From assembly GCA_016195085.1 (NCBI GenBank), contig JACQAG010000054.1:7045-71044 (forward strand): 64,000 nucleotides of DNA. The letters run 5' to 3'. The notes under the pieces were generated by a model. The model was not told where the DNA came from, ran no database searches, and saw only the letters and a list, made by a program, of their open reading frames with translations. This DNA is from Pseudomonadota bacterium. Its GTDB lineage: Bacteria; Pseudomonadota; Alphaproteobacteria; SHVZ01. Within the stretch, counting starts at the first letter, position 1. Every line of letters begins with the position of its first letter. Both the position numbers and the translations under genes were made by a program. Shown here in pieces: positions 57,335 through 64,000 of the stretch.

Positions 57335-58331
57335 AGACCTGCTCCATCAGCTCGCGGGGCTCCGGGAACGGGCTCTCCTCGGCAAATCGGATCGCCTCCG
57401 CGACGAGCGTCTCGACCTCGCGATCGACGGCGGCGCGGGCTGTGGCATCGAGCGCTCGGCCGGCGCTCTCCACCTGATCGGTGCTGCGCCAGCGCTCGAG
57501 CTCGTCCTTGCCGCGATAGCCGATGTGGTAGTCCTCGCCGGGCCCGACATGCTCCTTCCAGCGGTAAACATGGGCCTCGATGAACACTGGACCGGAAGCG
57601 CCACTGCGCATGGCGGCGACGGCCTCCGCGGTCGCCGATCGGATGGCGAAGACGTCCCCGTCGGCGATCTTGTGCGCCGGGATGCCGAAGGTCTCGACGC
57701 GCTCGCAGAGCCGATCGGTCGCCCAACGCTTCGATTGTGGAGTGTGGATCGCGTAAAAATTGTTCTCGCAGACGAACAGCATCGGCAGGCGATGCAGGCT
57801 CGCGAAGTTGAGGGACTCGTAGAACACGCCCTCCTCGGTCGCCCCGTCGCCGAAGAAGGCGGCTACCACCTGTCCCTTGCCGCGGCGCTTGTAGGCGAGC
57901 GCGTAGCCCATGGCGATCGGCACGGTGGTTCCGACGACGGCGGAGGTGCCCAGCACGTTGGCCGCCATGTCGACGAGATGCATGGAGCCGCCCTTGCCGC
58001 GGGCGCAGCCGGTCGCCTTGCCATAGAGCTCGGCGAACATGCCCTTGAGGTTGCCGCCCTTGGCTAGATAGGTGGCGTGGCCCCGATAGGTGCCCGATAC
58101 GGCATCATCGGCGCGGAGCGCATCGCACACTCCCACCGCCACGGACTCCTGGCCGATCGATAGATGCACCGGGCTTTTGATCTTGTCCGTGGGGTAGATG
58201 CGCGCCACTTCCTCTTCGGCGCGCCGGATCAGCCGCAACGACCGGTAGATGCGCGTGAGGTCGGCTTTGCTGAGATCGGAAAGGTTGGGTTTCGCCACGC
58301 CATAGCCTCGTCGCCTGCCGCCGGCGACCAT
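57324..58331 (-). CDS. TPP-dependent 2-oxoacid dehydrogenase E1 alpha subunit
   Basis: TPP-binding GDG-x-N region (FFGDGATEEGVFYESLNFASLHRLPMLFVCENN) and YRGHATYLAKGG. Start placed at ATG 58331; the ORF-track 58460 start overlaps the upstream gene. Confidence 0.75.
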   Translation of the reverse strand: MVAGGRRRGYGVAKPNLSDLSKADLTRIYRSLRLIRRAEEEVARIYPTDKIKSPVHLSIGQESVAVGVCDALRADDAVSGTYRGHATYLAKGGNLKGMFAELYGKATGCARGKGGSMHLVDMAANVLGTSAVVGTTVPIAMGYALAYKRRGKGQVVAAFFGDGATEEGVFYESLNFASLHRLPMLFVCENNFYAIHTPQSKRWATDRLCERVETFGIPAHKIADGDVFAIRSATAEAVAAMRSGASGPVFIEAHVYRWKEHVGPGEDYHIGYRGKDELERWRSTDQVESAGRALDATARAAVDREVETLVAEAIRFAEESPFPEPRELMEQVYAS

Positions 58332-58402
58332 GCAAAATGCGATCCGCGGACTCTCGCTCCTACTATCAGAGCCACCGGCGAGCGTACAGGTCTTTGTACC
58401 GC

Positions 58403-60511
58403 TCAAGGCCCCTCGAGCGTGATCGCCCGGGCCGGAGCGCCGCTTTGATAGATACGCCACGCCTCGGTGTAGGCTCGCTCGAGATTGCGCGCGAGGCGGG
58501 CTGAGTCGAATAGCGGGTGGGTCTCGCGGTTGCGTCTGAGCTGCGCCTTCAGCCGGGCCATCTCGACCGGAGATTGGGCGAGCTCGACCGCCATCGCCTC
58601 GAAGCCGGCGACCGTCGTGGCGGACAGCTCCTCCATGCCGATGCCCGCATTGAGGCTGGCGCCGACGCGGGCGGGCATGGTCTCGCCGATGAGGGTGAGC
58701 ACCGGTAGCCCGGCCCAGAGCGCATCCAGGCTGGTCACGCCCGAGGTGTAGAGGAAGGTGTCGATGAACAGGTCGGCGAGGCTGAGCCGCGCCAGGTGGT
58801 CGGCCTTGGCCGGTGGCGGCGGCGTGAAGACCAGCCGTTCCGGCTCGATTCCGGCGGCGGCGGCAGCGCGTCTGAGATTGCGCGCGCCGACCGGGTCGTA
58901 GTCATTGAGCCACAGGACCGCGTTCGGGATCCGCGCCAGGATACGCATCCACGCGGCAAAGGCCGTGGGGTCGATCTTGTAGAAGCCACCGAAATTCGCC
59001 AACACGAAGCCGTGCGCAGGCAGACCCCATTTGCCCCGATCGGACTCCGGCATCGCCATGTCGAGGGGCGGGGCAGGGTAGTAGCTGGGCGGCAACCTGA
59101 TCAGCTTTTCGGAATAGAAGGCATCGATTCCCGGTCCGAACAAGACGCTGTCGCCGATGACGTAGTCCACGAAGTCGGTGCCGGTCGGCCCGACATAGCA
59201 ATGGTGCAGCATTTGCAGCGGCGCAATCCGCTGGCTCATGACCGAAAGCGACAAGAGCCCGTCATTGCCGGAGAGATAGCCGTCAAGGTCGACCAGGATA
59301 TCGAGCCCATCGGCGGCGATCGCGCGTTGAAAGGCTTCACGGTCCGCGCCATCGACCGCGCGGAAGGCATGCGCCGCCGCGGCTAGCCGCTCTTGCAGGC
59401 GATCGTCGGCTCGAGTCGAGTAGAGGTAGACCTCGAAGGCGTCGCGATCATGCGCGGCGACGATGGGCAGCTGTGCCGCGCCGATGTGGTGGTCCCAAAG
59501 CTTGCTCGACAGGTATCCCAGCCGAATCCGCCCTCGGCCGGTCCTGCGATCCGCCGGCCATGCCGGTTCGCGTGGCGCAAATCGGTGCCGGGCGAAGTGG
59601 CGCGCGGCCTCGAAGAGCGTCCTGCTGTCCACCGCCAGAAACAGGAACAGGACGGGATTGACCAGGAAGCGGGCACTGTCCTCTTCGATCGCCGCCCGCA
59701 CGAGCTCGCCCACGCGCCTTGTGTAGTCGCGACGGGTCGGCCAATCCGCCTGATTCAGCATGTGGAAATAGTAGATATGCTCGTGGAATTGCGGGTTGCC
59801 AAAGTCGAGATCGACCGCCCGCTGCATCAAGGCGACACCCCGTTCCTTCTCGCCCAGCAGGTAGAGATTTCGGCCGGCGAGGAACTGCAGCTCCGGGATC
59901 TCGGATCCCAGCATCGCCACCCGCTGCATGTGCGCGATCGCCGACGCGCGCTGCGCCAGATTGAAGGCGCTCTGACCAAGAGCCACCTGCGGAAGCATGG
60001 CTGCGGGGGCGAGCGCAAGCTGCCGGCGGCCGGCGGTGACCGCCATCCGGTCCTCCCTCAGGGCGGTTGCCACGCGGGCGATTTCGCCCTCCAGCGTCGC
60101 GCTGTCTGGGTGGAGCGTGCGTGCGCGAACGAGAATCGCAAGGGTGGCTCTCGCGCGGTTCGAGGCGATACTAAGCGAGCCCAGATGCTCGATGGCTTCC
60201 AGCGAGGCCAGGGAAACCGCAAGCCCGCGCCAATAGCCGGCAATGGCGCTGCCTGCATCGCCGCGGCGTTCGGCGTCGAGTGCCAGCTGGAATCGGCTTG
60301 GCGAGTCCGCGGGCGCAAGCGCAAGGACCCGCCTCAGCGCCGCGCAGGCTTCAGCGCTCTGGCCGCGGGTCGTGTATGCCGAGGCGAGGTGCCGCCAACG
60401 CCGCAATAGCCCGGCATCGTCCGTTGTCTCTGCCAACCAGCCTCCCAGCGAGTTGCCTTGAAGATATCGGCAACCCCACGGCCTGTGCCACAATTGCTGT
60501 TGTTGACCCAT
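58403..60511 (-). CDS. divergent TPR + GT41-like glycosyltransferase (paralog 10)
   Basis: 702 aa. TPR-like N-terminus. C-terminal FVLANFGGFYKIDPTAF, LFIDTFLYTSGVTSLDALWAGLPVLTLIGE, HPLFDSARLARNLERAYTEAW. More divergent than the other paralogs. First gene of the minus-strand sugar operon. Confidence 0.65.
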   Translation of the reverse strand: MGQQQQLWHRPWGCRYLQGNSLGGWLAETTDDAGLLRRWRHLASAYTTRGQSAEACAALRRVLALAPADSPSRFQLALDAERRGDAGSAIAGYWRGLAVSLASLEAIEHLGSLSIASNRARATLAILVRARTLHPDSATLEGEIARVATALREDRMAVTAGRRQLALAPAAMLPQVALGQSAFNLAQRASAIAHMQRVAMLGSEIPELQFLAGRNLYLLGEKERGVALMQRAVDLDFGNPQFHEHIYYFHMLNQADWPTRRDYTRRVGELVRAAIEEDSARFLVNPVLFLFLAVDSRTLFEAARHFARHRFAPREPAWPADRRTGRGRIRLGYLSSKLWDHHIGAAQLPIVAAHDRDAFEVYLYSTRADDRLQERLAAAAHAFRAVDGADREAFQRAIAADGLDILVDLDGYLSGNDGLLSLSVMSQRIAPLQMLHHCYVGPTGTDFVDYVIGDSVLFGPGIDAFYSEKLIRLPPSYYPAPPLDMAMPESDRGKWGLPAHGFVLANFGGFYKIDPTAFAAWMRILARIPNAVLWLNDYDPVGARNLRRAAAAAGIEPERLVFTPPPPAKADHLARLSLADLFIDTFLYTSGVTSLDALWAGLPVLTLIGETMPARVGASLNAGIGMEELSATTVAGFEAMAVELAQSPVEMARLKAQLRRNRETHPLFDSARLARNLERAYTEAWRIYQSGAPARAITLEGP

Positions 60512-60576
60512 TGCAATCTACGCTATCGACGGCTCCGTCCCGCGCGGCTGCCACTCGCGAGGCGGAACTAACGCCT

Positions 60577-62538
60577 ATGGACGTCATCGATCGATCGATC
60601 AAAGCGGCGCTGCGCCTCTACAACGACGGCAACCCGGATGCGGCCGAGCAAGTATGCAGGGGCATTCTCAAGGTCGAGCCGACCAATGCCGAGGTTCTGC
60701 ATCTCCTGGCGCAGTTCGACTGTCGCCTCGGGCGGGCGCGGCGCGCGGCCGGAATCGCCCGCCAGGCGATCGCGCTGGAGCCGGCACGGGCAAAATTTCT
60801 GCTGACCCTAGGGACCGCCGAACAGGAGATGCGCAACGAGAAGGCCGCTGGCGACGGCTACCGGCGCTCCATCGCCGTCGATATCGAGCACGCTGAAGCC
60901 CATCTCAATTTAGGCGCGTTGCAGCCGATTCGAAGCAAGAGCGCACGCGCCTGCTGGCGACGGGCGGCGGTGTTGCGCCCTGATCTTCCCGAGGTCCACA
61001 ACAATTTGGCGGGCAGGGCGCTCGCCAGCGCCAAGGTCGTCGAAGCCGAGCGGCGTTTCGGCCGCGCTCTGTCGCTGCGGCCAAGCTACCCGCAAGCGTG
61101 GAATGGCCTCGCCAGCGCGGCAGGAGCGACCGGAGCCATGCATCGCTCGTTGCTGGCGGCGCGCCGGGCGCTGGCTCTGGCGCCGGCCTTTGCCGAAGCC
61201 ATGAACAATCAAGGCACCATCCTGGTGGCGGCGGGCGCGGTTGGACCTGCCGTGCGGTGGCTTTCGCGAGCGGTGGCGACTGCGCCGGGTTATGCCGATG
61301 CCGGCAGCAATTTGCTCTTTGCCTTTGCCTACGACGACTCGATCGCCCTCGCGGCGCTGTTCGCCGCGCAGCTCGCCTGGGCGAAGCGACACGCGCCCGT
61401 GCTACGGCCGCTCGAGACACGCCACGGCAATGCGCCGGAACCGGAGCGTCGCCTGCGCGTGGGCTATGTCTCGGCGGATTTTCGCGAGCACCCGATTGCT
61501 TGGAATGTCGAGGGTTTGTTCGAGCACCACGATCGGCGGAGCGTCGAGCTCCATCTCTATTCCTCGACCGTCAGCGCGGATCGAACGACGGAGCGGCTGC
61601 GCCGCCTGGCCGAGCACTGGCACGATGCAACCGACCTCGGAGCGGCGGATATCGCCGAGGCAGTGCGCCGCGACGGCATCGACGTGCTGGTGAGTCTGGC
61701 GCCGCACACCGCCTCCAATCGGCCGCTGTTCATGGCCTACCGGCCAGCGCCGGTCCAGGTGGCTTTCCACGGCATCGGCTCGACCGGCCTCGAGGCAGTC
61801 TCCTATTGGATCACCGATCCGGTCCTGCACCCCGAGGACAGCCGGGAAGCCTTCACCGAGGAGCTCGTGCGCCTGCCGTGCTTCTATCTGCATCGCCCGC
61901 CCGAGGACGCCCCCGAGCCGAGCGGCGTGCCCAGCCTCGCCTTGGGGGCGATAACCTTCGGTTCCTGCAACAACCCGGCGAAGCTCTCGCCGGCGGCCGT
62001 CAGGCTGTGGGCAGAGGTGCTGCGAGCCTTGCCCGCCAGCCGCCTGCTGGTGAAATACGTCGATCGATTCCGCGATCCCTTGGCCGCGCGGCGTCTGCTC
62101 GAGGCATTCGCGGCATACGGCATTGGCGAGGAGCGCATTGTCCGCTCGGGCGGTCTCTTGGATCGTCGCGGCCAGCTCGAGCTGCTGAGCAGCGTCGACA
62201 TTGCCCTCGACCCCGTGCCGTTCAACGGCTCGACCACCAGTTTCGAGGCGCTGTGGATGGGAGTGCCCCTGGTGACCTTGCTGGGGGATCGGTTTGTCGG
62301 GCGGGTCGGAGCGAGCTTGCTCCAGCAAGTCGGGTTGGCAGACCTCATCGCCCGGACGCCGGCGGACTACGTCGCGATCGCCGCTCGGCTCGCGGGCGAT
62401 GGACAGCGTCTGAAGGCGTTGCGTGCCTCGCTCAGGCAGCGAGTCGCCGCATCGCCGCTATGCGATGCGCCGGCGCATGCGCGTTCGATCGACGCGGCCT
62501 ACCGCATGATGTGGCGGCGATGGTGCCGCCGTCCGTGA
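60577..62538 (+). CDS. TPR + GT41 FlmG-like glycosyltransferase (paralog 11)
   Basis: Start ATG 60577 (MDVIDRSIKAAL...); the ORF-track 60280 start overlaps the divergent gene. ITFGSCNNPAKLS, VDIALDPVPFNGSTTSFEALWMGVPLVTLLGD. Confidence 0.8.
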   Translation: MDVIDRSIKAALRLYNDGNPDAAEQVCRGILKVEPTNAEVLHLLAQFDCRLGRARRAAGIARQAIALEPARAKFLLTLGTAEQEMRNEKAAGDGYRRSIAVDIEHAEAHLNLGALQPIRSKSARACWRRAAVLRPDLPEVHNNLAGRALASAKVVEAERRFGRALSLRPSYPQAWNGLASAAGATGAMHRSLLAARRALALAPAFAEAMNNQGTILVAAGAVGPAVRWLSRAVATAPGYADAGSNLLFAFAYDDSIALAALFAAQLAWAKRHAPVLRPLETRHGNAPEPERRLRVGYVSADFREHPIAWNVEGLFEHHDRRSVELHLYSSTVSADRTTERLRRLAEHWHDATDLGAADIAEAVRRDGIDVLVSLAPHTASNRPLFMAYRPAPVQVAFHGIGSTGLEAVSYWITDPVLHPEDSREAFTEELVRLPCFYLHRPPEDAPEPSGVPSLALGAITFGSCNNPAKLSPAAVRLWAEVLRALPASRLLVKYVDRFRDPLAARRLLEAFAAYGIGEERIVRSGGLLDRRGQLELLSSVDIALDPVPFNGSTTSFEALWMGVPLVTLLGDRFVGRVGASLLQQVGLADLIARTPADYVAIAARLAGDGQRLKALRASLRQRVAASPLCDAPAHARSIDAAYRMMWRRWCRRP

Positions 62539-64000
62539 CCTCGATCATGCAGCGAGGACTGGATGAGCACCGCGCCGGCCGCCTTGCCCAGGCGGAGAGC
62601 TGTTATCGAGAAGCGCTGGCCGGCGATCCCGACAATCCCGACGCGCTGCATCTCCTCGGCGTCATCGAGCTCGATCGCGGCAACATCGAAGCGGCACTTG
62701 GCCTGATCGGCCGCGCGGTCGAGCGCGACGATCGGCGCGGAGAGTTCCGCGTCAATCTCGCCAATGCCCTGCAGGCGGCCGGGCGGCGGGCCGACGCGCT
62801 CGTCCAATATCGACGCGCGATCCAGCTGATGCCGCTCTCCCCGGAAGCCCGCAACAACATGGGCGCGGCATTGCTGGCAGGGGGCGACTTCACCCAGGCC
62901 GTCGCCAGCCTGAAATCGGCGATCGCCATCCGGCGCGACTATGGCGAGGCGCACTACAATCTGGGCACGGCGCTTGGCAACCTCGACCGATACCAGGCGG
63001 CGCTGGCGGAGTTTCGGATCGCGCTGGCGCTGCTCCCCGCCCATGCCGGCGCCTGGACCAATCTCGGCTTCGCCTGCCACAATCTAGGCGATGCACCGAC
63101 GGCGGTCGCCTGCATCGGTCGCGCCGTTCGGCTCCGCCCGGACCATCCTGGAACCCGCACGAATCTCATCAGCGCCATGCGTCTGGTCGATGGGATCGGT
63201 CCCGGCGAGGAGCTGGCGGAGTGCACGGAATTCGGCAGGCGCTTCGGCGCTCCGCTGGCAGGGGCGCTGCCTGAGCTGGGGCGCGATCGCAATCCGGACC
63301 GTCGATTGCGGGTGGGCTATGTCGCCGCCGACGGGTTTCGCCTGCACACCGCGTCCGTCAGCATCTTGCCGCTGATGGAAGCCCAGGAGCGGCAAGGTTT
63401 CGAGTTGTTCTGCTATTCCGATGTCACCACCGCCAAGGAAGACGGGGTGACGGCACGGTATCGCGCCTGCGCATCGGAGTACCGGATGACGGCGGGGCTC
63501 GACGATCACGCCTTGGCCGAGCGAATTCGCGGCGACGCTATCGACGTGCTCGTGGACGTCATCGGCTATCCAAGCGGCTCGCGGCTGTTGGCTTTGGCGC
63601 GGCGGCCGGCGCCGGTGCAGGTGAACTTGCTCTTGATGGGCAGCTTCGGGCTGCCGGCGGTGGGGTGGGCGATCAGCGATGAGATATTGACGCCTGCCGG
63701 CAGTGAGCGGTGGTTCGTCGAGCGCCTCTACAGGCTGCCGTTCGGCTTTTGCTACGACCCGTTGGTTCCGACGCCCGCGGTCGCCCCGGCGCCGAGCACC
63801 GGCGGGGCAGGGATCGTGTTCGGGAGCATGAACCAGCCGGCCAAGCTGTCGCCGTCGACGATCGCGGCATGGAGCGAGATATTGCGGCGTGTTCCGGATG
63901 CGCGGCTGCTGTTGAGAGGCCGGGCCTATGGAGATCCGGCAATCGCCGAACGGTTGCGCGGCGTCTTCGAGCAGCACGGCGTCCAACGCCAACGGCTCGA
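62535..64000 (+). CDS. TPR + GT41 FlmG-like glycosyltransferase (paralog 12), 3'-truncated by window edge
   Basis: GTG 62535 (GTGA overlap) or ATG 62547. TPRs (AESCYREALAGDPDNPDALHLLG...), RRLRVGYVAADGF, IVFGSMNQPAKLS. Runs off the window end. Confidence 0.75.
   Translation, partial: MTSIMQRGLDEHRAGRLAQAESCYREALAGDPDNPDALHLLGVIELDRGNIEAALGLIGRAVERDDRRGEFRVNLANALQAAGRRADALVQYRRAIQLMPLSPEARNNMGAALLAGGDFTQAVASLKSAIAIRRDYGEAHYNLGTALGNLDRYQAALAEFRIALALLPAHAGAWTNLGFACHNLGDAPTAVACIGRAVRLRPDHPGTRTNLISAMRLVDGIGPGEELAECTEFGRRFGAPLAGALPELGRDRNPDRRLRVGYVAADGFRLHTASVSILPLMEAQERQGFELFCYSDVTTAKEDGVTARYRACASEYRMTAGLDDHALAERIRGDAIDVLVDVIGYPSGSRLLALARRPAPVQVNLLLMGSFGLPAVGWAISDEILTPAGSERWFVERLYRLPFGFCYDPLVPTPAVAPAPSTGGAGIVFGSMNQPAKLSPSTIAAWSEILRRVPDARLLLRGRAYGDPAIAERLRGVFEQHGVQRQRL

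Noticed and set aside
1-64000. CRISPR arrays, tRNA/rRNA genes, IS elements/transposases, integrases
   Set aside because: No direct-repeat/spacer periodicity, no tRNA-like cloverleaf regions noted, and no transposase or integrase-like ORFs in any frame. The glycosylation island shows no obvious mobile-element boundary inside the window.
21026-64000. Interpreting the region as an LPS O-antigen or capsule locus
   Set aside because: No Wzx/Wzy, Wzm/Wzt, WbaP/WecA-type initiating transferase or polysaccharide export genes. The GTs are TPR-fused protein-GT types and are interleaved with flagellar operons.

Overview
High-GC (~68-70%) alphaproteobacterial chromosomal segment; CtrA/ChpT, FlbD and FlhF/FlhG point to a polar flagellum, possibly Rhodospirillales-like. 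Three blocks are visible. (1) 1-3.3 kb: the 3' part of an NAD-dependent formate dehydrogenase operon (fdsB, and fdsA truncated by the window edge) and a DUF3553-like gene. (2) 3.4-27.6 kb: a dense flagellar region. It holds chpT convergent with ctrA, then fliI-fliJ, and a long minus-strand run fliF-fliG-fliH-fliN-motA-flbD-flhA-flhF-flhG followed by a Pro/Ala-rich FliK-like gene, a QueF-like T-fold gene and a VOC gene. A separate fliK-flgD-flgE operon has a good sigma-54 (-24/-12) promoter. (3) 21-64 kb, interleaved with and downstream of the flagellar genes: an island I interpret as flagellin/protein O-glycosylation. It has 12 paralogous TPR + GT41 (OGT-like) glycosyltransferases of the FlmG type, eight of them in one translationally coupled plus-strand array. 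It also has a GT4-like glycosyltransferase, an FkbM methyltransferase, a B12-binding radical-SAM enzyme, two SDR epimerases and a minus-strand nucleotide-sugar operon. That operon is HddA-like GHMP kinase, HddC-like nucleotidyltransferase, Fcl/ColC-like GDP-sugar epimerase-reductase, an SDR, a ColD/E1-like PLP 3-dehydratase with His in place of the catalytic Lys, and an orphan TPP-dependent E1 alpha/beta pair. No pseudaminic/legionaminic acid genes and no flagellin gene are in the window. Non-coding signals: a 25-bp perfect inverted repeat with nested palindromes (REP/MITE-like) between fliJ and the VOC gene; a TTAACC..GGTTAA palindrome in the ctrA-fliI divergent region; and three copies of a GGCA-N5-TGCC AT-spacer motif upstream of fliF and fliK, which are candidate FlbD/enhancer sites. 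No rRNA, tRNA, CRISPR or IS elements were recognised. All homology calls are by eye from the translations; no searches were run.
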